From positions 2,528,001 through 2,592,000 of the forward strand of contig OZ244587.1 of the NCBI GenBank assembly GCA_965218095.1: a stretch of 64,000 nucleotides of DNA. Direction: 5' to 3'. The position numbers and the translations under genes are program-made. Below are positions 1 through 9,820 of this stretch, piece by piece. The first letter of the stretch is position 1. Each line of letters opens with the position of its first letter. The notes beneath the pieces were generated by a model. The model did not search any database and was not told the origin of the DNA. It saw only the letters and a program-made list of their open reading frames with translations. Source of the DNA: Candidatus Poribacteria bacterium (GTDB lineage Bacteria; Poribacteria; WGA-4E; PCPOR2b).

Positions 1-112
1 GTCGTGAAGATCCAACTTCTGGGATAGGCATCCTCCGGGTCGATGTTCCACAACTCATCAAGAGTGCACATAAAGTTAAAGTAAATACAATGCGCAAGGA
101 TTGGTTTTGCAT
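1..112 (-). CDS. Probable lipoprotein, N-terminal part (runs off window)
   Basis: Manual translation MQNQSLRIVFTLTLCALLMSCGTSTRR...; lipobox-like LMSC; AGGAG upstream. Confidence 0.6.
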   Translation of the reverse strand, partial: MQNQSLRIVFTLTLCALLMSCGTSTRRMPIPEVGSSR

Positions 113-393
113 GACTTGCTCCTTTATGTCATTCGGGTCCGAATCTGAACAACCTTTTACACTCAATAACCTAGTGTAGCACAGGGAAAGGTTGCTGTCA
201 AGGGGGAAAGAAAGTTATGAATTAACGAATGGACAAAAAAGAAGAAGATTGGTGGCGCCACAACATCACATATTACGCAATACACATCACGCTTTACGTT
301 TTTACGCTTTACGATTAATATTGAGCTCTGTCGGGATTTCTGTTACACTTTCAAACTGGGGATCTGCCTTAGCACATAACAAAAGGTGCATAT

Positions 394-633
394 ATGAAAT
401 CGAATACAGACGACACACTAAACGAAAATGAAATGGTTGCGCTCGCCCAAAAACATCTAGCGGAACTCGGCATTGAGAACGCGTTGATCTATCCCCATAA
501 GAAGATTGTGCGTATACAGGCGCCAGAGTCCGACTTTGATCGTGCAGTTCAGATCCGCGAAACAATTGTAGAGCGGATGAGAGCAATTGGTTACCGATTT
601 GTCACGCTGGATCTTGAAGAGAAAGCGGATTAG
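394..633 (+). CDS. Small protein resembling the C-terminal domain of LarE
   Basis: IVRIQAP...IVERMRAIGYRFVTLDLE matches the LarE C-terminal pattern; no PP-loop domain. Confidence 0.6.
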   Translation: MKSNTDDTLNENEMVALAQKHLAELGIENALIYPHKKIVRIQAPESDFDRAVQIRETIVERMRAIGYRFVTLDLEEKAD

Positions 634-840
634 ACTTTACTCAAACTCAGGAGGTTCACGATACGCTGCTATCGCGAAATAAAGTGGAAGAAATCGCTGA
701 ATCTCGGATGGCGCTGTCACTCGTCCCCTACGAAGGGGCTACCTCCTCTGGTGAAAAATTGGCGCAAAGCACGCAGAAGCCGGGTGCACGGTTCATCCCA
801 GCCCCCCCCGCAGTTGTGAATCTGTCAGGACCTATCCCTG

Positions 841-1944
841 CTACGATTCACTATTTGGATACTCGATAATCGTTTTGATTGATTCGCGCTGACGGGGGGC
901 GTATGCGTCACGGAAATTGCAGAGTGGAACGCGCAAGGTAATCAGACCCGAGAGCGTGGTTGGGTGATGTGTTTGAATCCAACGCATGTGATTGAATGCG
1001 GTGTTGAAATCACGATGTTCAGCGGCATTGACGATGCCAATCAAAACCTGATTGTACATCAGCAGGCGGCGCATCAGGTGGCTGAAGTCAACTGTCATCG
1101 GTCGCCATCTGTGACGCTCTGAGCCTGTGATGACCATGACACCGCGGTCGCCAAGGGCATCTGTGACGGCATACGCCAATCGGTCGCTGCCGGTGCATTC
1201 GATGATCAGGTCGAAATTTTTATCTCGATTCTGGAAGTTCTTGAAGTCCACCTTTCGATAGTCGAGGTAGTCGATGCCGAGCGATTTTGCTAGTTGAACC
1301 TGATAATCCTGTTCATCGCGGCGTCCGACGATTGTCGTGTCAAACTGGTGTGTGAGCGAAATCAACGCCGAAGTAAAACCGATCGCTCCCAATCCGGTAA
1401 TCAGCACGCGGGGATTACGATGTCGAAAACCAGCCTCGCCGATTCGGGCGATCTGGATTTGAATTGCTTCATTGAACGCCTTCTCTCCGATTGAAAACGG
1501 CTCTGTGAGCATAGCGAACGCTTCCAAACCATCGGGTACGCGATAAAGGTGCTCAGGGGATTCCAACCAATACTCGGCGCTGAAGCCGTGCTGATAGTAG
1601 ATGCCTCGCTCGGTGAATTCATCTCGCGCCGCAAGGTCAAGGCGATACGGCAAAGGTTCATCGCTTTTTGGACGCCGCACGGAAGGCGCCACGAAATCAC
1701 CCGGCTGAAATTCTGTCACGTCCTCTCCAACAGCTTCGACCTTTCCAACCGCTTCGTGACCGAGAATCAGGTACGATTCCCCTGGCGGTGTTCGTGGCTC
1801 ACCTGACGCGAGAATATCCCGATCTGTGCCACAGATTCCGAGGGCGCCGGCTCGCACGATCACACCGTTCGGTGATATTTCCGGCTGTTGCGCTTCGATT
1901 AATTCAGGTTCGCTGCATCCCTGTCGGATGGCAATGGCTCTCAT
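841..1944 (-). CDS. Zn-dependent medium-chain dehydrogenase, glucose 1-dehydrogenase-like
   Basis: GICGTD, ILGHEAVG, ERGI..HGF and GLGAIG Rossmann motif. Confidence 0.85.
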   Translation of the reverse strand: MRAIAIRQGCSEPELIEAQQPEISPNGVIVRAGALGICGTDRDILASGEPRTPPGESYLILGHEAVGKVEAVGEDVTEFQPGDFVAPSVRRPKSDEPLPYRLDLAARDEFTERGIYYQHGFSAEYWLESPEHLYRVPDGLEAFAMLTEPFSIGEKAFNEAIQIQIARIGEAGFRHRNPRVLITGLGAIGFTSALISLTHQFDTTIVGRRDEQDYQVQLAKSLGIDYLDYRKVDFKNFQNRDKNFDLIIECTGSDRLAYAVTDALGDRGVMVITGSERHRWRPMTVDFSHLMRRLLMYNQVLIGIVNAAEHRDFNTAFNHMRWIQTHHPTTLSGLITLRVPLCNFRDAYAPRQRESIKTIIEYPNSES

Positions 1945-2157
1945 CTACTCCTCCTTGCTGAATCTCCCTCTTCCGCGTTCGGCTTTGGGAAGTATCGCGT
2001 GTGTGAAAATTAGGCAAAGTGGGGCTGGAAATCGTAGAATTCGCCCTACCTTTTCAAATGCAACACATGCTTGCCCTGCGGCGGTTTGAATCTCTCGTCG
2101 CGCAACCTTCCTATCGCCTTCAGCCTTATCAATCCACGCCTGCGTCTCGGGCTTCAT
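1945..2157 (-). pseudogene. HEPN domain protein, truncated
   Basis: MKPETQAWIDKAEGDRKVARRE is a HEPN N-terminus; similarity is lost after ~28 aa; coupled to the MNT gene. Confidence 0.65.
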
Positions 2158-2472
2158 ACAAGACAACCCCTTTCATCATTACCTCTGTGGCAAAGATCCC
2201 TTTGCGTGCCAGAGAAGCATTCTAGTCGGAGGGCGTGGATACGATAATGTCCAGAGGAAAGGGATGGTCAATAGCTGCGGCAATTCGAGCTGCGACATGG
2301 AGAGGCTTTTCTTCCGTATCCATCGTGACCAGCAGATATCGCTATCCGCTGTCGGCGTGCCGTAAGCGTGAGAACCAAACAGGATTATCTTCTGCAGATG
2401 AAAATGCTCCACAATTTGCCAGACAATTTCCTGAGTGCGCTTTAAGGTCACAACCGTTTTGACTTCAGCCAT
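2132..2472 (-). pseudogene. Minimal nucleotidyltransferase (MNT), frameshifted with internal stop
   Basis: KIILFGSHAYGTPTADSD, frameshift near 2335, then LLVTMD...PLDIIVSTPSD*...GVVLYEA. Confidence 0.8.
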
Positions 2473-2506
2473 TTTACCCGACCTCCTGAGTTTTCTGCGC
2501 GAACTC

Positions 2507-3322
2507 TTACACTACAAACAAAGAGCGCAAATACGCTATCGACGCCTCCACGATCCGCTGGACTTCATCAAGCGGCGTGTCCGTCCCCTGATGTGTGCCG
2601 ACTATCTCCAGCGTCACATAAGGAACATGATCGATTGTATTCATAACAGCAGCAAGCACGGGCAGATCCATGGCGCCCTTGCCGGGAATCTGCGTCTCAA
2701 CAGGTCCTATCGGCCGCTCACGGCTTTCCCGGTTATCACGGATACGCAAGGTCGTAACGTAATCCTTTAGTTGTTTGAGTGATTTGACCGAATCTTCGGC
2801 GGCGTCTGTCCGCCAGATATGGCTCGCATCAAAGTTGAGTCCGACCCACTCGCGATCGACTTTCTCCATAAAGCGCAACGCTGTCTCCGTTGAATACACC
2901 GCATTGTTGACGTGCGGCTTGATGCTCAACTTGATCCCAGCCTGCGAGGTTTGGGCAGCAGTCGCGTTAATCAATTCCACAACCTGTTTGAAACTTACTT
3001 CGTCATCGGACTTCCCGCCTGCGCCTTCGGCAATTGCTGGGGCACCCACCAATTGTGCGGCTTCGATTACCTTGTCAAATTCTGGACTATCCACGCCGAT
3101 TCCGCCTGTCCCTGCGATCGATTCGATCGCCAATCCGTGCGAAGCGATTTTCGATTTGACTTCTTCGTAGTAAGAAGCCGGTTTACCAATTCCCAAATGC
3201 GGTGCCATTCCGGGGCGAGCGCAGAGTTCGATTGCCTTATACCCGGCTTTCGCAATTCCCGTAAGCGCCTGATCTAAACTGAAACCACCGTATAAAATTG
3301 TGCTGCATCCAGGTTTTTTCAT
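2507..3322 (-). CDS. Sugar phosphate isomerase/epimerase (xylose isomerase-like TIM barrel)
   Basis: AGYKAIEL, VGLNFDASH, IPGKGAMD, VTLE motifs. Confidence 0.85.
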   Translation of the reverse strand: MKKPGCSTILYGGFSLDQALTGIAKAGYKAIELCARPGMAPHLGIGKPASYYEEVKSKIASHGLAIESIAGTGGIGVDSPEFDKVIEAAQLVGAPAIAEGAGGKSDDEVSFKQVVELINATAAQTSQAGIKLSIKPHVNNAVYSTETALRFMEKVDREWVGLNFDASHIWRTDAAEDSVKSLKQLKDYVTTLRIRDNRESRERPIGPVETQIPGKGAMDLPVLAAVMNTIDHVPYVTLEIVGTHQGTDTPLDEVQRIVEASIAYLRSLFVV

Positions 3323-3434
3323 GTATCCATTCCTCAAGTGAGGTATTCATACGCATCAAAGATATGTTATACTTTATCTTACTTTACCAGACGGGTCAAG
3401 TGAAAAGAAGCAACCCAGAAAGACGAATTTCCGA

Positions 3435-3463
3435 TTGACAATTTCGATGAGAGATGGTATCTT
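3435..3463 (+). promoter_or_regulatory. Sigma-70-type promoter
   Basis: TTGACA-17 nt-TATCTT upstream of the DUF4058 gene. Confidence 0.55.
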
Positions 3464-3539
3464 GAATCTATATGCTGGACTCACCGGTGTGATGAATGCT
3501 ATCGTTAATGGATGAAATTGAACAAGAGAGGAACCTGTC

Positions 3540-4247
3540 ATGCCTATCATTGATCATTTTAGTCCAAAGGTCAGGGCGATTAGCCGTTTCCATTCCTTTT
3601 ACAATGCGTGGGCGACACACATTGCCGCGGACTTGAATGCCTTATTGCCGGAAAATTTCATTGCAGAACCGAACGTGCAGATCGGCAGTCTCGTTGAAAT
3701 CGACGTTCAAGCAGACGAACTGCTGGATGAAGATGAAAACCTGCTTGTAAGTCGATACCAGATTCCTGCTGCAATGGTAAGTGTGCCTGCATCATTTCCT
3801 GACGAGATGGAGGTCTACATCGTAGATCTCGGCGCCGCCAGACGAACCGTCGGCGTGATTGAGATTGTCAGTCCGGCCAACAAGGACAGACCACAGCACC
3901 GAGATACCTTTATCGCCAAATGCTTGCGCCTGATTTCGCAAGGGATTTCTCTCGTGATTGTGGACATCGTCACAGTTCGGCTGTTCAATTTTCACAACGA
4001 ACTGATGCGACAGTTGGAATCCAAAGAAGGGCAGTTACCAGAGACTGAGGAAGCTCCGCTCTACTGTTCAGCGTACCGATACACCCTTAATCGGGAGGAT
4101 CTCCGCGTTGAATGCTGGGCGCATCCACTCTCGGTTGGAGATGTCTTGCCTGAATTGCCGTTGTTTATTCGTTCAGAAATTGCTGTACCCGTCAGGCTTG
4201 AGCAAACGTATATGGAAACTTGTCAGAAGTTCAGGGTTGTTGTTTAA
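3540..4247 (+). CDS. DUF4058 family protein (PD-(D/E)XK-like)
   Basis: VIEIVSPANKDR, LPELPLFI..VPVRLEQTYMETC signatures. Confidence 0.8.
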   Translation: MPIIDHFSPKVRAISRFHSFYNAWATHIAADLNALLPENFIAEPNVQIGSLVEIDVQADELLDEDENLLVSRYQIPAAMVSVPASFPDEMEVYIVDLGAARRTVGVIEIVSPANKDRPQHRDTFIAKCLRLISQGISLVIVDIVTVRLFNFHNELMRQLESKEGQLPETEEAPLYCSAYRYTLNREDLRVECWAHPLSVGDVLPELPLFIRSEIAVPVRLEQTYMETCQKFRVVV

Positions 4248-4272
4248 TTATCTAATCAATGGAGGTAATGTA

Positions 4273-5691
4273 ATGCAAATGCACATTGGCGGCGAATGGG
4301 TTGACAAGCCGCAGCAGATTGAGGTTTTGAATCCCTTTGACGGTTCGGTTGTCGATACCATTCCCAAAGGCGATCACAACGATGTAGAAACCGCTCTCAG
4401 AACTGCCGAGCGCGGCGCCGAGATTATGGCAAAAATGACCGGTTACGAGCGGTACGAGATCATCCACAAGGTCTCAGAACTGATGACGGAGCGTGTGGAC
4501 GAACTCGCTCGAATCATTACATTGGAAGAGGGAAAAATCCTCGCAGAGGCGACGATTGAGGCCGGTCGTGCGTCAGAGATCATCGCGCTGTCCGCAGAGG
4601 AAGCTAAGCGGCTTTATGGGGAAGTCATCCCGCTCGAAGGCGGCCCCGGAGTTAAGGGAAAATTGGGCTTCACGGTGCGAGTCCCGTGTGGCATCGTTGT
4701 CGGGATTAGCCCCTTTAATTTCCCACTGCACCTCGTTTGTCACAAGGTAGGTCCAGCATTAGCCGCAGGAAATGCGATTATTGTTAAACCCGCCACAGAC
4801 ACGCCGTTGTCGGCACTGAAACTGGTTGAGCTTTTCCTTGAAGCGGGCACGCCACCGGAAGCGATCCAATGTTTGACCGGATCGGGCAGCGTGATTGGCG
4901 ATGCGCTTTGTGCAGATCGGCGCGTCAGGAAGATTACCTTCACCGGCAGCCGTGATGTCGGGGAGCATATCTGCCATACTGCGGGACTCAAGCGCGTAAC
5001 GATGGAATTGGGATCGAACTCTCCGCTGATTGTCATGCCGGACGCAGATCCAGAGAAGGTCGCAGCAGCTGCCGCAGCCTCCGGCTATTCTAATGCAGGG
5101 CAGGTCTGTATCTCAACACAAAGGGTCATTGCCCACGAGGGCATCTATGGCGATTTTCTCGATGCTTTCAAATCAACCGTTGAAGGTATCTCGACAGGAA
5201 ATCCCCTCGAAGCACCGACTAAGATGGGACCAATGATTCGTGAAGATGACGCCATCCGCGTTGGCGAGTGGGTTGATGAAGCGGTCAGCAGTGGTGCGGA
5301 ACTCCTCACCGGCGGTAAAAGAAATGGGCAGATCTACGCCCCGACGCTCGTTGCCAATGTCAAGCCAGAGATGAAAATCTCATGCGACGAAATCTTTGGC
5401 CCCGTTGTCGGTGTAACGAAGGTTTCAAACATCGACGATGCTATTACCCTCGCCAACGACACCAACTACGGGTTGAGCGCGGCAATCTTCACCCAAAACA
5501 TCGATTGGGCGATGCGGTTTGTGCGTGAAGTTGACTCCGGCAACCTGATGGTGAACTGGGGAACGCAGTGGCGGGCAGACCTCATGCCCTATGGCGGTCT
5601 AAAAGAGAGCGGCATGGGCAAGGAGGGGCCGAAGTACGCTGTACAGGAGATGACTGAGACGAAGATGGCGATTTTCCATCTGAGCGAATAA
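4273..5691 (+). CDS. NAD(P)-dependent aldehyde dehydrogenase
   Basis: ISPFNFP, FTGS, MELGSN, catalytic GQVCIS, EIFGP; GGAGG before ATG 4273. Confidence 0.95.
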   Translation: MQMHIGGEWVDKPQQIEVLNPFDGSVVDTIPKGDHNDVETALRTAERGAEIMAKMTGYERYEIIHKVSELMTERVDELARIITLEEGKILAEATIEAGRASEIIALSAEEAKRLYGEVIPLEGGPGVKGKLGFTVRVPCGIVVGISPFNFPLHLVCHKVGPALAAGNAIIVKPATDTPLSALKLVELFLEAGTPPEAIQCLTGSGSVIGDALCADRRVRKITFTGSRDVGEHICHTAGLKRVTMELGSNSPLIVMPDADPEKVAAAAAASGYSNAGQVCISTQRVIAHEGIYGDFLDAFKSTVEGISTGNPLEAPTKMGPMIREDDAIRVGEWVDEAVSSGAELLTGGKRNGQIYAPTLVANVKPEMKISCDEIFGPVVGVTKVSNIDDAITLANDTNYGLSAAIFTQNIDWAMRFVREVDSGNLMVNWGTQWRADLMPYGGLKESGMGKEGPKYAVQEMTETKMAIFHLSE

Positions 5692-5692
5692 G

Positions 5693-5750
5693 GCGTGAAA
5701 CGTAAAACGTGAAACGTAAGCATTGATTACGTTTCACGTTTTGCTTTACA
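5693..5750. repeat. Heptamer tandem repeat forming an inverted repeat
   Basis: cgtgaaacgtaaaacgtgaaacgtaa ... ttacgtttcacgtttt. Confidence 0.7.
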
Positions 5751-5764
5751 GCATGAGGAATGAA

Positions 5765-6469
5765 ATGCCCTCCGAATACCAACACAACATTTTTGTTTTT
5801 GATATTGAAACGATTCCTCAAGAGACATTAACCATTCCTTTGTGGAGAGAACTCGAACACAAAACAGGGAATGAGGTTGCGAAAACATCTGAAAACGAAG
5901 AAACAATACGATTGAAATTACAGCACCTAAACCCGGCTTTCGGTCGAATTCTTTGTATTGGCGTTCTATACAAAAGTATGAACTCACAAGGAGAATGGAA
6001 GGAGGAAAGAGAAGCTTTCTATGCTTCTGATGAAAAGGAACTGCTGTCGAATTTTGGGAGCAGGTTAGCCGACTTTGACAACCGAAGAACTTTATTCGTT
6101 TCCTTTAACGGGCTACGGTTTGATGTGCCATTTATCATCGCCCGTACAATTGCCCAAGGTTTGCCTCGAACAAACAGACTCTTTCTTGATACATACAGAT
6201 ATGGAAGATTCCCTCATTTTGATGTTTGTCTTGCTTTAGAAAATCAACTGACGCTTGAAGCTGCCTGCGAGATGCTAGGTATAGACAATCCGAAAACAGA
6301 GGCTATAAGAGGAAGCGACGTTTTTGAATACTACAAACGAGGACAGATTCTAGAAATCTTAAATTATTGTCTTAGAGACGTTGAATCCACATATGAGATC
6401 TTTCAGAAAATCCAATCTTTTTATCCACTCTCATACGCAGATGAGAGAAAAGCAAGAAATTGGAGTTAG
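5765..6469 (+). CDS. PolB-like 3'-5' exonuclease (DEDDy)
   Basis: FDIET, SFNGLRFDVPFI, HFD, YCLRDV motifs. Confidence 0.85.
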   Translation: MPSEYQHNIFVFDIETIPQETLTIPLWRELEHKTGNEVAKTSENEETIRLKLQHLNPAFGRILCIGVLYKSMNSQGEWKEEREAFYASDEKELLSNFGSRLADFDNRRTLFVSFNGLRFDVPFIIARTIAQGLPRTNRLFLDTYRYGRFPHFDVCLALENQLTLEAACEMLGIDNPKTEAIRGSDVFEYYKRGQILEILNYCLRDVESTYEIFQKIQSFYPLSYADERKARNWS

Positions 6470-6760
6470 CTGAAGGGCGAAGTCACCCCAATTCCTGTTC
6501 GAAGCCCAACTTTCAAGTGCATTGCTTGTCGCAAGACGTTCTACCCCGAAAGTTTGGACTTTTGTGAGGTTTGTGGTGATTTTGCTTGCCTTGAGTGTAA
6601 AGAGGGGTTGGAACGTGCTGATTTGGAGGCGATTGGGCTTGGAGATTACACTGGTGACATTCAAAAGTATACGCGGGAGGAATACTTGAGCGGTAAAACT
6701 CAAGTGGAAACCAGCGGCTCCCTGCCTTCTGAACTCACAGATGATGATATCCCGTTTTAA
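6470..6760 (+). CDS. Cys-rich domain with SSB-like C-terminal tail, in frame with the upstream exonuclease
   Basis: Open frame directly after TAG 6467-6469: CIAC, CEVC, CLEC, ends DDDIPF; start uncertain. Confidence 0.6.
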   Translation: MKGEVTPIPVRSPTFKCIACRKTFYPESLDFCEVCGDFACLECKEGLERADLEAIGLGDYTGDIQKYTREEYLSGKTQVETSGSLPSELTDDDIPF

Positions 6761-6796
6761 GTCTTTGCTTAATGCAGCTTTGAACAGGAAATTGTA

Positions 6797-9388
6797 ATGT
6801 CAGATAAGGGCTCATCCGTATACATAAAAATGAGTAACGATTTAACCCATATTCGCCAAACAATCGAAACAATTCTCCGTTGCAACCTCTCTGAAGCAAT
6901 TGGTCTCCCAGACAAAATGGAAGCTGAGAAAATAGTTCAGCGATTTCTCCATGCTGTCTCAGATCGAATGGGTGGGCGATCAGATCTGGTTCACAAGGAT
7001 TTGGAGCAACTGTCTCGCCAGATCGACCCACAGTGGGTCATCCTAGCAGCCGGCAAAGGAACCCGCATTGATCCGTCCAGCCGTCTGAACAAAAACTTAG
7101 ACCTATGGTTTGGTGAGCGGAATACTCTACAACTGTCCCGAAGCTACCTACCGGGAAGTCGTCCGCACATCATTGTCGTCAATCCCCAAATGGCGGCGCG
7201 CGTAGCGAAAACAGATATCCCTTCAAGTGGCGTCATCCTCCCTTCAGCACTTAATCCAGAAGAAACCAATCGACTGTTTGGACCAAACGTCATCCTGTGT
7301 GTACAACCCGAGCATCCTTACGGCACAGGTGCCGCGCTACGGGTTGCGTTGCCAGCGGTTGCCGAATCTGACGCAGAATGTATCGGTGTTGCCTTCGGCG
7401 ATGAGCCATTTCTGAATCAAGCCATCTTCGTGGGTATACTCCTGTCACACTTTACTGTCGGTGCGGATATTACCCTCTGTGGCAAAATTCCAGATACCGT
7501 CGTCGACAAAGGAGGGTTATTCTTTGACGATGAGGGAGAGTTCATCGGCACAAAGGAGTGGTACGACATGACCGATGTGGAGAAAGAGGCGATGTGGCGG
7601 CGACTGGAGCGCGGGGAAGCCTACACCAATACCGGTATCACCTTGATCCGCCGTGATGCAGCGATCGCCCGGATAAATCGATTGGAACCCCACGGGGATA
7701 ATTCGGAGCTCCATCATGTCGATCTCATCCGCCACTGCTATGAAGACGGCTTGAAAACCAACGCTTATATCCATCGAAGTGAAATTATCTCTGGCATCAA
7801 TCGCTGGTCAAACGTCCTCACTGGCGAAGAATACCTATTTGCAGATGCCAAGAAAAAACTAATCCAGAAAGGGATTCGGGTCGATCCGGCGGCACAGATC
7901 ACGTTGGCAAATGACGATATTGAGATCGGTCACGGATGCTACCTTTTAGGGCGTATTCATCTCGGCGGCAGGATACAGATTGGGAACTACTGTCGTCTCG
8001 AAAACGTTGTGTTGCGAGGAAATACCACTGTCGGTGACCGTGTTGGTTTGAAAGACGTGACCGCAACGGACACAGTCTTTGAGTCAAACTCGCTTTCGAC
8101 CGAAATCGCTGTGCCGATTACGGGCTTGGCAGTTGGCAGCTCTATCAAAAGCAGCCAATTCGATCGTGTGAAAGTCGGGGGTTCGACAAGCATCGAGTCC
8201 GTTGTTGCAAGGGCAACGGTGATTCCCGCAGAACTCTCCATAAGGGGCAAACAATTAGGCATCCCCGCCAGATCTACTAATCATGTAATACGCGACACAC
8301 AATCCGTTTCAAGCCAAATCTTGCAGACCGTCTTGGATCAACTGGTCTCCCCCGGCTATAGACCCGGTGTATTCACTTTCGGCGAAAAGCGTGGTTTGCC
8401 AGACTGGGAAAACCTCCGCCGGCATGTGAGTTCGCATTCGGAACGCGAATTGATTGAACGTGCCACCCGCAACCCGACATTACGTCAAGCTGCAATCAAT
8501 GCCGTTGAAGAACTGCTGGAGTTGCGGCAATCTAACGGTGCACATGTCATTGATGATTTGACGCCCGAAGAACTTTGGGGAAGCATCTTCCAAATTGTTA
8601 CGCTCTCTACGGGAAATCCAGATCCATATCGCAGGGACAAACTCAGTGCTAGACAAACAGCGATTAACCTACTCATCCAATTTTCAGATTGCGATTGGCT
8701 GGAGCGACTGAAACTGGTCATCGCCGCTAATATCATCGATTACAGTAGTGCAAGGGTTGTGGCGAAACTTCGAGAGAATCCAGATTACTTCAACCTTGTA
8801 TTGCGAGAGGCGATTCATGCATCCTTGGCGATTGATTGCTTTGACCAATTTCGGGCACGGGTAATTGAAGATGAACCAAAAAGGCTCCTCTGGCTTATCG
8901 ATAACGATGGTGAGTCGGTCTTTGATCTGTGGTTTATAGAGTCCCTCGCCGATTGTGGCCATCAGATTACGATTGTTGGCAAAGCGGAACCCGCAACTAA
9001 CGACGCAACGCTCGATGATTTACGAGAACTCACTGCACATCCGTATTTCCAAAAACTCCGGGAGCAGATTGCCGTTGGTGATATGCGTTTAATCTCATCG
9101 GGCTCAAACACCGTTGGGACCAATCTCTATCAAGCAACAGGAGAATTTGCGAATGCACTCCTTGATGTGGATCTCGTAATTTCAAAGGGACAGGGGAATC
9201 TCTTTACAACGTTGGGGTTAAAAAAGGACACGTTCTACCTACTGCTCTCCAAAGGGGTGACGGCGGAGCGTTTGACCGGGGTTGTCCCGAATCAGAATCA
9301 GGTGATTGATGGGTTGATTTTGGCGTATGTGCCGGGCGGAACACGGTTGAATCAGACACTCAAGAAATTTTGCACGAGGGATGATTGA
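6797..9388 (+). CDS. Fusion of GlmU-like nucleotidyltransferase, left-handed beta-helix and ARMT1/DUF89 phosphatase
   Basis: VILAAGKGTR, GTGAAL, GDEP; hexapeptide repeats; DPY, ANIID, DNDGE..FD, NDAT, SKGQGN. Confidence 0.8.
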   Translation: MSDKGSSVYIKMSNDLTHIRQTIETILRCNLSEAIGLPDKMEAEKIVQRFLHAVSDRMGGRSDLVHKDLEQLSRQIDPQWVILAAGKGTRIDPSSRLNKNLDLWFGERNTLQLSRSYLPGSRPHIIVVNPQMAARVAKTDIPSSGVILPSALNPEETNRLFGPNVILCVQPEHPYGTGAALRVALPAVAESDAECIGVAFGDEPFLNQAIFVGILLSHFTVGADITLCGKIPDTVVDKGGLFFDDEGEFIGTKEWYDMTDVEKEAMWRRLERGEAYTNTGITLIRRDAAIARINRLEPHGDNSELHHVDLIRHCYEDGLKTNAYIHRSEIISGINRWSNVLTGEEYLFADAKKKLIQKGIRVDPAAQITLANDDIEIGHGCYLLGRIHLGGRIQIGNYCRLENVVLRGNTTVGDRVGLKDVTATDTVFESNSLSTEIAVPITGLAVGSSIKSSQFDRVKVGGSTSIESVVARATVIPAELSIRGKQLGIPARSTNHVIRDTQSVSSQILQTVLDQLVSPGYRPGVFTFGEKRGLPDWENLRRHVSSHSERELIERATRNPTLRQAAINAVEELLELRQSNGAHVIDDLTPEELWGSIFQIVTLSTGNPDPYRRDKLSARQTAINLLIQFSDCDWLERLKLVIAANIIDYSSARVVAKLRENPDYFNLVLREAIHASLAIDCFDQFRARVIEDEPKRLLWLIDNDGESVFDLWFIESLADCGHQITIVGKAEPATNDATLDDLRELTAHPYFQKLREQIAVGDMRLISSGSNTVGTNLYQATGEFANALLDVDLVISKGQGNLFTTLGLKKDTFYLLLSKGVTAERLTGVVPNQNQVIDGLILAYVPGGTRLNQTLKKFCTRDD

Positions 9389-9820
9389 GGGGGCCGAGCT
9401 TTTAAAAGCCTAATGCACTCATAGTGAAACTTTAGTGAGGAGTGTATTATTTGGGAGCGATAGCGTCCTACTTTTAGTTTAGGCAAATCGTTCAAGCGTG
9501 AGATAGCTGCGTTACCAAGGGAAGGAAGCGAGTAGATGTCATTTGAGGTTGATAATGTTTGCATTTTGGGGGACCATGAATAACATAACCCGTCGATTTA
9601 ATCCACAGGAATGACACGTTGAATTGCTTTGGGTGGAGAAAACGCGGTCTAAATCGTTGGTCGGGGATCGTGAAGTGGAGATTATGCGTCCAGACTAGGT
9701 AATTGAGAGGATAGCTGCGATGAAAGGGTGGCGAATGCGTTTGGTGAGTGATATAAAAAGATTTATTCCGTTTAGGTCCTAGGTTTTAGGATCGTGTTAT
9801 AGGAGGTCTCTATGTTACTT

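Noticed and set aside
9390-9810. Possible gene or RNA upstream of the first IS
   Set aside because: No coherent frame or structure found; probably decayed sequence
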